Shown here: positions 1 to 10,151 of the stretch, piece by piece
Position numbering within the stretch: position 1 is the stretch's first letter
How the letters are laid out: each line of letters opens with the position of its first letter
Assembly (NCBI GenBank): GCA_038120295.1
Contig: JAYOLL010000003.1
Span: 137,132-201,131, forward strand
Source of the DNA: Rhodospirillales bacterium
GTDB lineage: Bacteria; Pseudomonadota; Alphaproteobacteria; MPNO01; UBA2964
Direction of reading: 5' to 3'
Length of the DNA stretch: 64,000 bases
Position numbers and translations under genes: made by a program
The notes under the pieces: generated by a model
Seen by the model: the letters and a program-made list of their open reading frames with translations, nothing else
Told to the model about the DNA's origin: nothing
The model's database searches: none

Positions 1-107
1 GTTCTGGCTGGCCTGACGCGGCGGATCGACCGGGATCTTTCGGCGGTATCCGTTTCCGACGCCGAAAGCGTAGAAGCCTTTTTGAATTCGATCTGAACGG
101 GGGAAGC

Positions 108-845
108 ATGTTCGATTTATCCCAACGCGCGGTGCTGGTAACCGGTGCAAGCGGCGGCATCGGGAGCGCGATCGCAAGCGCCTTGCATGAACAGGGCGCG
201 ACGGTTTGCCTGACTGGCCGCAACGGAGATGCCCTGTCGTCGCTGGCGAATGCGCTGGGTGAGCGCGCTCACGTCATTGTCGCCGACCTCTCCGACAGCG
301 CGGCTGTAGACGGGCTGCTGAAAGAGGCTGAATCGGCGATGGGGACGGTTGACGTACTGGTCAACAACGCGGGCCTGACCCGCGATACCCTGGCCATGCG
401 GATGAAGGACGGGGACTGGGATGAGGTAATTGCGGTCAACCTGACCGCCGGATTCCGTCTCGCCCGGTCCGCGCTGCGCGGTATGATGCGTGCCCGTTTC
501 GGCAGGATCGTCAGCATCACCTCCGTGGTGGGGCATATCGGCAATCCGGGCCAGACGAACTATGTCGCGTCGAAGGCGGGGCTGGCGGGCATGACAAAGG
601 CGCTGGCCGCCGAGGTCGCGTCCCGCGGCATTACCGTAAACTGCGTCGCTCCGGGCTTTATCGAAACCGCCATGACGGATGCGCTCGGCGACGATCTCAG
701 GCAGTCCCTGATGGAAAAAATACCCGCTGGACGGTTTGGCAGCGCCGATGATGTCGCTGGATGCGTCGCGTTTCTGGCCAGTGACGAGGCCGGGTACGTG
801 ACCGGCCAAACTTTGCATGTCAACGGCGGTATGGCCATGATATAG
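108..845 (+). CDS. fabG: 3-oxoacyl-[ACP] reductase FabG (SDR family)
   Basis: 245 aa; TGASGGIGxAIA Rossmann motif, NNAG, catalytic YVASK; immediately upstream of acpP-fabF (canonical fab cluster order). Confidence 0.9.
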   Translation: MFDLSQRAVLVTGASGGIGSAIASALHEQGATVCLTGRNGDALSSLANALGERAHVIVADLSDSAAVDGLLKEAESAMGTVDVLVNNAGLTRDTLAMRMKDGDWDEVIAVNLTAGFRLARSALRGMMRARFGRIVSITSVVGHIGNPGQTNYVASKAGLAGMTKALAAEVASRGITVNCVAPGFIETAMTDALGDDLRQSLMEKIPAGRFGSADDVAGCVAFLASDEAGYVTGQTLHVNGGMAMI

Positions 846-990
846 AGCGCCGGCTCCGGGGGAGGGGCGGCGCTTGCCGATTCGTTTCCGGGGGTGTTTT
901 TGCAGGTCTGATTCGACATAAAGTTTGCTAGACGAACGTCGAATTGCGACGTGACTAACAGTAAAAGTCTTCAGTGAAGGGGAAGTTTAG

Positions 991-1224
991 ATGAGTGACA
1001 CAGCGGAACGCGTAAAGAAGATCGTAGTGGAACACCTCGGCGTCGAGGAAGCCAAGGTTACCGATAACGCCAGCTTTATTGACGATCTCGGCGCGGACAG
1101 CCTCGATACGGTCGAGCTGGTAATGGCGTTCGAAGAAGAGTTCGGTTGCGAAATCCCCGATGACGCGGCGGAAAAAATTCTTACTGTCCAGGATGCGATT
1201 TCCTTTATCGACGCGAATAGCTGA
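991..1224 (+). CDS. acpP: acyl carrier protein
   Basis: 77 aa; phosphopantetheine attachment site [20 protein letters not shown]; RBS-like GGGGAAG upstream. Confidence 0.95.
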   Translation: MSDTAERVKKIVVEHLGVEEAKVTDNASFIDDLGADSLDTVELVMAFEEEFGCEIPDDAAEKILTVQDAISFIDANS

Positions 1225-1290
1225 CTGCGGGCTGCGCTGCACTGTCGCCGCTTTGCGGCAGGCGGCTTCGGTCTGCAGGGTTGAATTGAC

Positions 1291-2550
1291 ATGAGGCGTG
1301 TCGTCGTAACCGGCATGGGTCTGGTTTCGCCCCTGGCGTCCGGCGTTCAGGCAAGCTGGGACCGGGCGCTCGCCGGTGCCTGCGCAATCGATGTCGTTTC
1401 CTCGTTCGACGTTTCGGACCTGCCGGTAAAGATCGCCGCGCAGGTGCCGCGCGGCGACCAGGACGGGGAGTTCGACGCCGATGCCTGGATGGAGCCCAAG
1501 GAACAGCGGAAGAACGACGATTTCATCGTCTATGGCGTCGGCGCGGCGTCGATGGCTATGGAAGATTCGGGATGGGCCCCTGAAAGCGAAGAGGATCGTG
1601 CGCGCACGGGCGTCATGATCGGATCCGGGATCGGCGGCTTGCCGGGGATTTACGAAGCCTCGGTAACGCTTCTCGAACGCGGACCGCGTCGTGTGTCTCC
1701 GTTCTTTATCCCTTCGACCCTTATCAATCTTGTGACCGGGCAGGTGTCGATACGGTTCGGTCTCACCGGACCCAATCACGCAGTTGCGACGGCTTGCGCC
1801 ACTGGTGCGCATGCGATCGGCGATGCGGCCCGGATGATCCAGATGGACGATGTGGATGTCATGGTGGCGGGCGGCGCGGAAGCCGCGGTCTGCAGAATCG
1901 GTATCGCCGGTTTTTCAGCGGCGCGGGCGCTGGCCGGCAAGTTCAATGACAACCCGAAAGCGGCATCTCGGCCCTGGGATGTAGAACGGGACGGGTTTGT
2001 CATGGGCGAGGGGGCCGGCGTCCTGATTCTCGAAGAACTCGAGCACGCGAAGGCACGCGGCGCGAAAATCTATGCGGAGGTATGCGGATACGGTCTGTCG
2101 AGCGATGCGCATCACGTTACGGCGCCGGCGCCGGACGGCGGTGGCGCAAAGCGCGCGATGGCGATGGCCCTTAAACGAGCGGAAATGGCGCCTGACGGAA
2201 TCGACTATATTAACGCCCACGGCACCTCAACCCCGCTTGGCGATGAAATAGAACTCCGCGCCGTAAAGGAAATTTTCGGCGATCACGCCTATTCGCTGTC
2301 GATGTCGTCCACCAAATCGGCGATCGGTCACCTGCTCGGTGCTGCCGGCGCGGTAGAGGCTGTCTTCTCGGTCCTTGCGATCCGGGACGGTGTCGCGCCG
2401 CCGACGCTTAACCTCGATAATCCGTCCGAAGGGTGCGACATTGATCTCGTCCCGCATCAGGCGAAGGAACGCCCGATCCGAGCGGCCATGTCGAACTCAT
2501 TCGGCTTCGGCGGCACCAACGCGACGTTGATCTTTAAAGCCTTTTCGTGA
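1291..2550 (+). CDS. fabF: beta-ketoacyl-ACP synthase II
   Basis: 419 aa; KAS II signatures ATACATGAHAIG (active Cys), NAHGTSTPLGD and SxKSxIGHLLGAAG His motifs. Confidence 0.9.
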   Translation: MRRVVVTGMGLVSPLASGVQASWDRALAGACAIDVVSSFDVSDLPVKIAAQVPRGDQDGEFDADAWMEPKEQRKNDDFIVYGVGAASMAMEDSGWAPESEEDRARTGVMIGSGIGGLPGIYEASVTLLERGPRRVSPFFIPSTLINLVTGQVSIRFGLTGPNHAVATACATGAHAIGDAARMIQMDDVDVMVAGGAEAAVCRIGIAGFSAARALAGKFNDNPKAASRPWDVERDGFVMGEGAGVLILEELEHAKARGAKIYAEVCGYGLSSDAHHVTAPAPDGGGAKRAMAMALKRAEMAPDGIDYINAHGTSTPLGDEIELRAVKEIFGDHAYSLSMSSTKSAIGHLLGAAGAVEAVFSVLAIRDGVAPPTLNLDNPSEGCDIDLVPHQAKERPIRAAMSNSFGFGGTNATLIFKAFS

Positions 2551-3551
2551 CGTTTCCGATGCGAACCCTGGTTCGTGTCTCTCTCATCCTGGCCTTGATC
2601 GCGGTTGTGACCGTTCTTGCCGGCTTTCTGTATCTGCGGGAACAGTATCGGTCGCCGGGACCGTTGCAGGCGGAGAAGGCCGTGGTGATCGAGCGCGGTA
2701 TGAGCGTCGCCGGCATCGCCGATCTGTTGCGACGCGAAGGGATTATCGAGAGTCCGAGGGTGTTTCGCCTTGGTCTCAGATACGAAAATATTTATCACTC
2801 GCTGAAAGCCGGAGAGTTCGCCTTTCCGCCCCGGGTCAGCATGCAGCAGGCGGGTGCTGTCATCGCATTCGGCAAACCGGTTATCCGTCGACTTACGATC
2901 GCGGAGGGGTTGACGACGAACCAGGTTCTTCAGGCGGTCCGAGCGGCTGACGGTCTGACCGGCGATGTTTCAGACGGCGTCGCTGCCGAAGGGGCGCTGT
3001 TGCCCGAGACCTATTTCTATTCATGGGGCGACAGCCGGATGGGGCTGGTGAATCGTATGCGGACAGCCATGAAAGAGACGGTTATGCGCCTCTGGCCGAA
3101 ACGCAGGCCCTCGATCAGGCTCGAACGTCCCGAGGATGCGGTTATCCTGGCGTCAATAATTGAGAAAGAAACAGGGGTCGACGGCGAACGCGCCCGAATC
3201 TCGTCCGTTTTTCACAACAGGCTCAGGCTCGGCATGCGTCTGCAGTCCGACCCCACGGTGGTCTATGCGATCGCAGGGGGCGAAGGCGCTCTGGGCCGGG
3301 CGCTGACTCGCGCCGATCTCGCTGTGGATTCGCCATACAATACCTATTCGGCCTTCGGTCTCCCGCCGGGACCGATCGCCAATCCCGGCGTCGCATCGAT
3401 CGAGGCGGCGGTCAATCCGGGAGACGGTGACGAGCTGTACTTTGTCGCCGATGGGACCGGAGGGCATGCGTTCGCGAAAACCCTTGCCAGCCATAATCGC
3501 AATGTCGCTCGCTATCGGCGGTTTCTGCGGCAGCAAGAAACAGGCCGCTGA
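2547..3551 (+). CDS. mltG: endolytic murein transglycosylase MltG (YceG-like)
   Basis: 334 aa; N-terminal TM anchor, YceG domain (…PPGPIANPG… motifs); ATGA start overlap with fabF stop as in the fabF-yceG arrangement. Confidence 0.8.
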   Translation: MTFPMRTLVRVSLILALIAVVTVLAGFLYLREQYRSPGPLQAEKAVVIERGMSVAGIADLLRREGIIESPRVFRLGLRYENIYHSLKAGEFAFPPRVSMQQAGAVIAFGKPVIRRLTIAEGLTTNQVLQAVRAADGLTGDVSDGVAAEGALLPETYFYSWGDSRMGLVNRMRTAMKETVMRLWPKRRPSIRLERPEDAVILASIIEKETGVDGERARISSVFHNRLRLGMRLQSDPTVVYAIAGGEGALGRALTRADLAVDSPYNTYSAFGLPPGPIANPGVASIEAAVNPGDGDELYFVADGTGGHAFAKTLASHNRNVARYRRFLRQQETGR

Positions 3552-3757
3552 AAGCGGCCTTGGCGAAACAGAACGGGATTGACAGACAATTTTCCTCTCC
3601 TTATTGCCATTCTGTTTTCCGACGTCGGACAGGGCCTGAGGCTTTTATCAGGAAAGAGTAAGAAATGACGAAAGACGCAGAAGCGACAATGTAGACAATC
3701 ACTGAACTGGCGACCGTCTACGCGATCGACGTTGTCGGTGCGCTGGCGATCCTGATC

Positions 3758-4495
3758 ATGGGCTGGATCGTTGCGGGCTGGGCTGGCGGCAAAACGCGCA
3801 GCCTTCTCATGAAATCCAGCAATGTCGACGATACGCTCGCGCCTTTCCTCAGCAATGTCGTGCGTTACACCATTCTGGCTCTGGTCGTCGTCGCCGTACT
3901 CGCACAGTTCGGCATCCAGACGGCGAGCATTATCGCCGTTCTCGGAACGGTCGGTCTCGCTGTCGGTCTGGCTTTGCAGGGCACGCTGTCGCATTTCGCG
4001 GCGGGCGTGGTGCTTCTGATCCTGCGACCATTCCGGATCGGAGAAACCATCGATGCCGGCGGGACCGTCGGTAATGTTCAGGAAATCGGGCTGTTTGCGA
4101 CGATCCTGAAAACCGCCGATGGGCTGTTCGTTTACATCCCCAACGGCCAGCTTCTGAACGCGTCGATCAAGAATTTCTCCCGCAACCCGACCCGGCGTGT
4201 CGATGTTGTGGTCGGCATCGCCTACGGGGACGATGTCGAGAAAGGGCTTTCGATCGCCAAGGCCGTTCTGGAAGCCGAGAGCCGCGCGCTCAAGTATCCA
4301 GCGCCCGAATCAATGGTCGTCGGACTCGGCGACAATTCGGTAAACATCAATATGCGCTGCTGGATCAATGGCGGGGATTATTTCCCGGTCGTTGCGGACC
4401 TTCAGAAAGCGATCAAGCAGCGTTACGACGCCGAGGGAATTTCGATCCCGTTCCCGCAGCGCGATGTTCATATCATCGAGCACAAATCGGAGTGA
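3758..4495 (+). CDS. mechanosensitive ion channel (MscS family)
   Basis: 245 aa from first ATG; 3 TM helices then MscS beta-domain (GETIDAGGTVGNVQEIGLFATILKTADG…IPNGQL). Frame stays open back to a stop at 3692 with no ATG, so the true start may be a non-ATG codon upstream. Confidence 0.75.
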   Translation: MGWIVAGWAGGKTRSLLMKSSNVDDTLAPFLSNVVRYTILALVVVAVLAQFGIQTASIIAVLGTVGLAVGLALQGTLSHFAAGVVLLILRPFRIGETIDAGGTVGNVQEIGLFATILKTADGLFVYIPNGQLLNASIKNFSRNPTRRVDVVVGIAYGDDVEKGLSIAKAVLEAESRALKYPAPESMVVGLGDNSVNINMRCWINGGDYFPVVADLQKAIKQRYDAEGISIPFPQRDVHIIEHKSE

Positions 4496-4531
4496 TCTGA
4501 GCCGGGCGGCGTCCTTCCTTGCGCCGCCCTC

Positions 4532-5281
4532 TCACTCCTTTGTCGGAGACTTTCTTAGCAGATAGTCCCCCAGCCTCAGAGGCAGGGCGGCGACCAGCCG
4601 TGTCGCCAGATACATGGGCAGGGGAAAGGCTATTCTCGGCCTGTTGCGGGCAAGTCCGCGCCTGATAATTCCGGATGCTTTTTCCGCACTCATCAGCATG
4701 GGCATGGGGAATTCGTTGCGGTCCGTGATCCGGCTGACAACGAAACCCGGGCAGATGACGCTGACCTCTATTCCGTCGGCCGCGTGGCGGGCGCGCAGGG
4801 CTTCGCCCCAGGTTTTGACTGCCGCCTTGGACGCGGAATAGGCCGGTGCGCCAGGCAGTCCCCTGAAACCCGCCAGTGAACTCACAATACCGATCTGACC
4901 CTTTCGGCGTTTTTTCATGGCGTCGAGGGCCGGTTCGACCGTGTTGACGACCCCGTCGACATTGACCGCAAAGATCGTAGACGCATCGGCGCCGTCCGGG
5001 CCGCCTCCGGAAATCCCGGAATTCGCTATGACCAGGTCGAGCTGTGCGTCATCATCACACGCCGCTATCCAGTCCCGCATGCCCTCTTTGCTGCGTACGT
5101 CGAGGGAAACAGCGGTGACGGCGGCGCCGCTGCGCCCGCAATCGTCCGCGACCTGATCCAGCCTTTCGCTGTCGCGGCCGCTCAACGCCAGGGTCACGCC
5201 AGGCGCCGCAAAATCGCGCGCCAGCGCTGCACCAATTCCGCTCGACGCGCCAGTGATCAGGATTGAGGCTGGATTATCCAT
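4532..5281 (-). CDS. SDR family NAD(P)-dependent oxidoreductase
   Basis: 249 aa; ITGASSGIGAALA Rossmann motif, YSASK catalytic motif. Confidence 0.8.
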   Translation of the reverse strand: MDNPASILITGASSGIGAALARDFAAPGVTLALSGRDSERLDQVADDCGRSGAAVTAVSLDVRSKEGMRDWIAACDDDAQLDLVIANSGISGGGPDGADASTIFAVNVDGVVNTVEPALDAMKKRRKGQIGIVSSLAGFRGLPGAPAYSASKAAVKTWGEALRARHAADGIEVSVICPGFVVSRITDRNEFPMPMLMSAEKASGIIRRGLARNRPRIAFPLPMYLATRLVAALPLRLGDYLLRKSPTKE

Positions 5282-5367
5282 GTATTCCGAGCCGTTACGG
5301 CCTTGTTGCGTAATTTTCAGGCCAGTATAGTCGTGGCGTCTTTTGAACGTAAGAAGGTAGGACAGCG

Positions 5368-6255
5368 GTGACAGTTTCCAGCATGACCGGTTTTGCCCGC
5401 GCCGAGGGATCGGTGAACGGTTTTGGCTGGTCGTGGGAGGTCAGGAGCGTCAACTCGCGGTCGCTCGATATCCGGCTTCGTCTTCCCTCCGGGTTTGAAG
5501 CTGTTGAAGCCGGCGCACGGACAGCGATTTCCGGCCTGTTTGCACGGGGCTCGGTGAACGGCACACTGTCGCTGGACCGGAGCGGCAGGCCTCCCACGCT
5601 CTCGATAAATCAGAATGCGCTCGACCAGATCATCGAAATCGCGAATGAGCTATCCGGACGGGTCGATGCCGAGAAACCCAGGATAGACGGGTTACTTTCA
5701 ATTCGCGGGGTCGTCGAGGCGAACGACCGGGAAGACACGGCAGAGGAAAGAGCGGAACTCGAAGACGCGATTCGCAGGTCATTCGAAGAAGCGGTCCAGT
5801 CCTTACGCCGGGCGCGCAACGAAGAAGGGGCGCGGCTGGATGGCGTTGTCTCGAACCACATCGATGAAATCGAATCGCTGTCACAACAGGCAGCGTCTCT
5901 TGCCGCGATGCTGCCGGCGGCGCTGGAAAAGCGTCTGCACGAACAGATCGCCACGATCTGCCGTGAAGATCCGAAGCTGAGCGAAGAGCGGATTGCGCAG
6001 GAAGTCGCGCTGCTCCTGGTCAAGGCGGATGTCCGGGAAGAACTGGACAGGCTGTCTGCTCACGTCTCGGCGGCGCGCGACCTGTTAAAGGCCGACGAGC
6101 CCGTCGGACGACGGCTGGATTTTCTGTGTCAGGAATTCAACCGGGAGGCCAATACGCTGTGTTCGAAATCCTCCGATATCGAACTGACCCGCATCGGTCT
6201 CGATCTCAAGGCCTGCATCGATCGACTGCGCGAGCAGATACAGAATATCGAATAG
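5368..6255 (+). CDS. yicC: YicC family stress-induced protein
   Basis: 295 aa; conserved YicC N-terminus MTGFAR…SVNSR and C-terminal DUF1732-like region; immediately upstream of gmk as in many bacteria. Confidence 0.8.
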   Translation: MTVSSMTGFARAEGSVNGFGWSWEVRSVNSRSLDIRLRLPSGFEAVEAGARTAISGLFARGSVNGTLSLDRSGRPPTLSINQNALDQIIEIANELSGRVDAEKPRIDGLLSIRGVVEANDREDTAEERAELEDAIRRSFEEAVQSLRRARNEEGARLDGVVSNHIDEIESLSQQAASLAAMLPAALEKRLHEQIATICREDPKLSEERIAQEVALLLVKADVREELDRLSAHVSAARDLLKADEPVGRRLDFLCQEFNREANTLCSKSSDIELTRIGLDLKACIDRLREQIQNIE

Positions 6256-6268
6256 AACAAGGCACGTA

Positions 6269-6907
6269 ATGACGGAACAGGGAATAGATCGTAGAGGACT
6301 GATGCTTGTTCTTTCCTCTCCATCCGGGGCTGGAAAGACCACGATTTCCCGACTTTTGCTGGAACGGGATCAGACCCTGACGATGTCCGTCTCGGCCACC
6401 ACGCGTCCGAAAAGGCCCGGCGAGGTGGAAGGACGGGATTACTATTTCGTCGACCCCACCGATTTCAACCTGATGATCAACCGGCACGAACTGCTGGAGT
6501 ACGCCAAGGTATTCGACAATTACTACGGGACGCCGCGCGCGCCTGTAGAAGAGGCGCTGAAAGCGGGCCAGGATATCGTATTCGATATTGACTGGCAGGG
6601 CGCGCAGCAGCTTGCCCAGGAAGCCCGTCAGGATCTCGTAAGCGTCTTTATACTGCCGCCCTCAACGGAAGAGTTGGGTCGCCGCCTGCAGGGGAGGGCG
6701 AGCGATCCGCCCGATGTAGTCGCCAAGCGCATGGCGCGCGCGCCGGACGAGATGAGCCACTGGGCCGAGTACGATTTCATTATTGTCAACCGCGATGTCG
6801 AGGAAAGCGTCGCCCAGGTCCAGGCGATCCTCGCCGCCGAACGGCTGAGACGGCAGCGCCAGGTCGGCCTGTCGGCGTTCGTCAAGCATCTTCAGGTCGG
6901 TTACTGA
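6269..6907 (+). CDS. gmk: guanylate kinase
   Basis: 212 aa; P-loop SSPSGAGKTT, GMP-binding S…TTR…GEV…G.DYYFV motif. Confidence 0.9.
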   Translation: MTEQGIDRRGLMLVLSSPSGAGKTTISRLLLERDQTLTMSVSATTRPKRPGEVEGRDYYFVDPTDFNLMINRHELLEYAKVFDNYYGTPRAPVEEALKAGQDIVFDIDWQGAQQLAQEARQDLVSVFILPPSTEELGRRLQGRASDPPDVVAKRMARAPDEMSHWAEYDFIIVNRDVEESVAQVQAILAAERLRRQRQVGLSAFVKHLQVGY

Positions 6908-7788
6908 GCGCCGTCTATTCTGTCGCAGGCGCGCGCCAATGCGCAGAATTCCTCCACGCTCAGGTTTTCCGCCCGCAGGGTCGGGTCGATGCCGGAACTC
7001 TCCAACAGGGCGATTGGGTCGGTCGTCAGAGACCGGAGTGCCGAGCGAAGCATTTTTCGCCTTTGCCCAAAAGCTGCTGCGGTCACTCGTTCCAGCGTTC
7101 GGAAATCGGCTGGCGCCAGAGGTTCCGCGCGTGGCGTGAGACGAACGACCGTGGAGTTGACTTTTGGGGGCGGTACGAAAGCAGCCGGTGGCAGGTCGAA
7201 CAAGGTGTCGATTTCGCAAAGCCATGCGGTAATTACACTGAGCCGTCCATAGGCCTTGTCCCCTGTCGACGCTCTGAGCCGGTCAGCGACTTCTTTCTGG
7301 AACATCAGGGTCATTGACCGGATCGCAGCCAGATCGCGCAGCCATCCAACGAGCAGTTTCTGCGCGATGTTGTAGGGCAGGTTCGCAACGATGGTCAGGC
7401 TGTCGCCCTCGGAAATCAGGTCTGAAGGCAGAATGCCCAGCGCGTCGCCTTCGACAGGTTTAAGTCGTTCGGGATAGGCGTCTTCCAGAATTTTTAGCGC
7501 GGCGATGGCGCGAGAATCGCGCTCGATAGCGATGACGGCCTGCGCGGGCGATTCCAGCAAAGCCCGTGTCAGGCCGCCCGGACCGGGGCCGATTTCCAGG
7601 ACCGTTTCGCCATCAAAAGGTCCGGCCTCGCGGGCGATACGGCGCGTGATGTTCAGGTCGAGAAGAAAATGCTGGCCGAGCGATTTTCGGGCGCCGAGGT
7701 CGAACTGCGCAATTACTTCGCGCAGCGGCGGCAGGTCTGCGGCTGCCGCGCCGCGCTCAGACAAGAGCCGGGGCCGTACTGGCCGCAT
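6901..7788 (-). CDS. rsmA: 16S rRNA (adenine1518/1519-N6)-dimethyltransferase RsmA/KsgA
   Basis: 295 aa; LGQHFLLD, EIGPGPGGLT SAM motif, NLPYNI; convergent 7-nt overlap with gmk; classic pdxA-ksgA neighbourhood. N-terminal extent uncertain (overlaps pdxA 3' end by about 30 nt). Confidence 0.85.
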   Translation of the reverse strand: MRPVRPRLLSERGAAAADLPPLREVIAQFDLGARKSLGQHFLLDLNITRRIAREAGPFDGETVLEIGPGPGGLTRALLESPAQAVIAIERDSRAIAALKILEDAYPERLKPVEGDALGILPSDLISEGDSLTIVANLPYNIAQKLLVGWLRDLAAIRSMTLMFQKEVADRLRASTGDKAYGRLSVITAWLCEIDTLFDLPPAAFVPPPKVNSTVVRLTPRAEPLAPADFRTLERVTAAAFGQRRKMLRSALRSLTTDPIALLESSGIDPTLRAENLSVEEFCALARACDRIDGAQ

Positions 7789-8806
7789 CGTATCGGGCGC
7801 GATTGTCCGCCATGCGCCGGGCCTCAGTCAGTGCAGCCAGGAGGCTTCTGGGGCTGGCCTTCCCGGTTCCGGCAATGTCGAAGGCCGTGCCGTGGTCGGG
7901 CGAAGTCCTGACGATCGGGATGCCGAGCGTGATGTTCACGCCTCCGTCGAAATCCAGTGTCTTGATAGGGATCAGCGCCTGGTCGTGATAGAGGCAGACG
8001 GCAGCGTCGTACTCGCATCGCGCCCTTTCGTGAAACATCGTATCTGCCGGAAGCGGGCCCGACACGGACAGGCCATCCTGATGTAGCTGCGCGATCGCCG
8101 GGGCGACGATTTCGATTTCCTCCCGGCCCAGATAGCCGCGTTCTCCGGCATGAGGGTTAAGCCCGGCAATCGCCAGCCTGGGCGACCGGATGCCGAAATC
8201 ACGTGCCAGCGCCGCGGCGGCGACACGACAGCAATGGACGATGGAGTCCTCGCACAGCGCCGCGATGGCATCGCGCAGCGGAACGTGAATCGACGTCAGC
8301 ACGACACGGAGCTGCGGACAGGCAAGCATCATGACCGGTGGGCCCGAAGCGCCGGTCATTTCGGCGATGTATTCCGTATGACCGGGATGGCCGAATCCGG
8401 CGGAGAGCAGGGTCGCCTTGTGGATTGGATTGGTCACCATGGCGGCCGCCTCTCCGCGAACGACAAGCGAAATCGCCTGGTCGATCGACCCCAGAACCGC
8501 TGTGGCCGCTCTTTCGTCCGGCGCGCCGGGACTGACGGAACAGTCCAATGGTTGTGGCAGGACCGGAAGGGCGCCCGGAAAGACATCCAGTGCCTCGGCC
8601 GCGCTTTCGACAGGCCTGACCGTGATGTCCAGATCGAGGAGCCGGACCAGGGCGGACAGGCGATCCGGGTCGTCTATAACAAAGAATGCGGGGGTAGAAG
8701 GAAGCCGGTTTCGCCACGCCAGAAGGGTAATCTCACCGCCGATTCCTGCGGGGTCCCCCATGGTCAAAGCCAGGGGGAGCGATCCGCCTGTGTCGTCGGC
8801 GGTCAT
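7757..8806 (-). CDS. pdxA: 4-hydroxythreonine-4-phosphate dehydrogenase
   Basis: 349 aa; PdxA family motifs (MGDPAGIG…, HTEY…, GLNPHAGE, FDIAG); conserved surA-pdxA-ksgA operon. Confidence 0.9.
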   Translation of the reverse strand: MTADDTGGSLPLALTMGDPAGIGGEITLLAWRNRLPSTPAFFVIDDPDRLSALVRLLDLDITVRPVESAAEALDVFPGALPVLPQPLDCSVSPGAPDERAATAVLGSIDQAISLVVRGEAAAMVTNPIHKATLLSAGFGHPGHTEYIAEMTGASGPPVMMLACPQLRVVLTSIHVPLRDAIAALCEDSIVHCCRVAAAALARDFGIRSPRLAIAGLNPHAGERGYLGREEIEIVAPAIAQLHQDGLSVSGPLPADTMFHERARCEYDAAVCLYHDQALIPIKTLDFDGGVNITLGIPIVRTSPDHGTAFDIAGTGKASPRSLLAALTEARRMADNRARYDAASTAPALV

Positions 8807-10089
8807 GTTCTTACATCAACGACGGCTGCGTTCCGTAAATCCCGCATGAAACGTCTGGCAAGGTTGCTGACCCGTTCGTTTCGGAGTTGCGTCTCAATTT
8901 CCTCGCGGGATGGAAGGGTCGAAGGCGGCTCTTCCCGGGCGCAAACCATATAGATGGCAACCCCATCCGGTTCCCTCACCGGTCCGCTCGCCTTGTTAAT
9001 CGGCAAATTCGATACGGTGTCGCGGAGCGTACGGGAGAGATCCTTCAATTTTCGCTTTCCGAGACTGACGGGCTTGACCGCGGAGGCCTCCTCCGCCGCC
9101 CGTTCGAAATCGGGGCAGTCCGATACCGTCTCCGCGAGGATCCGGGCGAGGTTCGTCTGGGCCAGGACCGAGTCGGCGTCTGGCGTGGCGGCCAGCGGCA
9201 GCTTGATGCGTCTGAGTTCGACCGAAGTCTCCTCCGGCGAACTCGCGAGGACCTGTCGCGAGTCGACAAGCTGGATAATGCGAATACCCGCCTGGGTCTT
9301 GATCGGCCCGGCGACGGCGCCCTTAGCCATCTTGCGCACCAAAGGCGCGATATCCGCGTCGATGACCGTATCAGCTATCCAGCCCAGGTCGCCACCGACC
9401 GGTGCGCTGGCGGAATTCGACATCTGCTGGGCAACGGCGCCGAACTGCGCGCCGTCCTTGAGCTGGGAGATCAGACGACTGGCGGTATTCAGAACTTCCT
9501 TCTCCTGATCCGATTTTTCCACCGTCAGGAGAATTTCGGCAATTCTGTACTCTTTCTCTCCCTTTCGCGCCTTCAGCCGTTCCAGAGTCTCATCGATTTC
9601 CTCCGGCCCAACGGTTACGCGCCGCAGCAAAGTTCGCCGGATAAGCTTTTGCCAGACGATCTGAGCTCTGAGCTGTTCGTCGATCGCATCGCGTGGCAGC
9701 CCGTTTTGCCGGACAAAGTTGTTGAAAGAACCGGGTTTTATTCCGTTTCGTTTTTCCAGATTGGCATAGGCGCGCTGCATGTCGCGTTTCGTGGCCGTAA
9801 CATTGCGTCGCTTCGCTTCCTGCAACTGAAGCCGTTCGTCGATCAGGACGCGCAGTATCTGTTGCGCGAGACGACGCTGGAGCGCAGGGGTGGCCCTCAT
9901 GCCCGTTGACGCTATGACGAGGCGCATGCGCGACTGCAGGTCATGCATCGATACTATGTCGTCGTTGACGATGGCGGCGATCCTCTGAACCCCCTGGCCA
10001 ACAGCTGGAGACGAAATCACGCCGGACGCCCCCATCAGGACAACAGCGATCAAGCAGGAAATGCGGATTTTAAACGGCGTCATTATCAT
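8803..10089 (-). CDS. surA: periplasmic chaperone/peptidyl-prolyl isomerase SurA
   Basis: 428 aa; signal peptide, SurA N-domain and parvulin-type PPIase region; sits between lptD and pdxA. Confidence 0.8.
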   Translation of the reverse strand: MIMTPFKIRISCLIAVVLMGASGVISSPAVGQGVQRIAAIVNDDIVSMHDLQSRMRLVIASTGMRATPALQRRLAQQILRVLIDERLQLQEAKRRNVTATKRDMQRAYANLEKRNGIKPGSFNNFVRQNGLPRDAIDEQLRAQIVWQKLIRRTLLRRVTVGPEEIDETLERLKARKGEKEYRIAEILLTVEKSDQEKEVLNTASRLISQLKDGAQFGAVAQQMSNSASAPVGGDLGWIADTVIDADIAPLVRKMAKGAVAGPIKTQAGIRIIQLVDSRQVLASSPEETSVELRRIKLPLAATPDADSVLAQTNLARILAETVSDCPDFERAAEEASAVKPVSLGKRKLKDLSRTLRDTVSNLPINKASGPVREPDGVAIYMVCAREEPPSTLPSREEIETQLRNERVSNLARRFMRDLRNAAVVDVRT

Positions 10090-10151
10090 GCCCGGAGTCT
10101 AGTCAAGCGTTGTATCGGGGGCAATCGTTCAGGAGCGTTCGCGTAAATACA

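Noticed and set aside
117-818. Long antisense or alternative-frame ORFs overlapping well-supported genes (for example 117..818-, 955..1812-, 8150..8953+, 11262..12395+, 43701..45014+, 46188..47024+, 50061..50855+)
   Set aside because: Typical high-GC frame artefacts: Arg/Ala/Pro-rich translations without motifs, fully embedded in genes with strong homology on the other strand or frame.
3535-3560. Hairpin AGGCCGCT-GAA-AGCGGCCT after mltG as a terminator
   Set aside because: Not followed by a T-run; may be an mRNA-stabilising stem but not a convincing intrinsic terminator.
3575-3610. Sigma-70-like promoter (TTGACA-N17-TATTGC) upstream of the MscS gene
   Set aside because: Plausible but weak -10; cannot be supported without transcript data.
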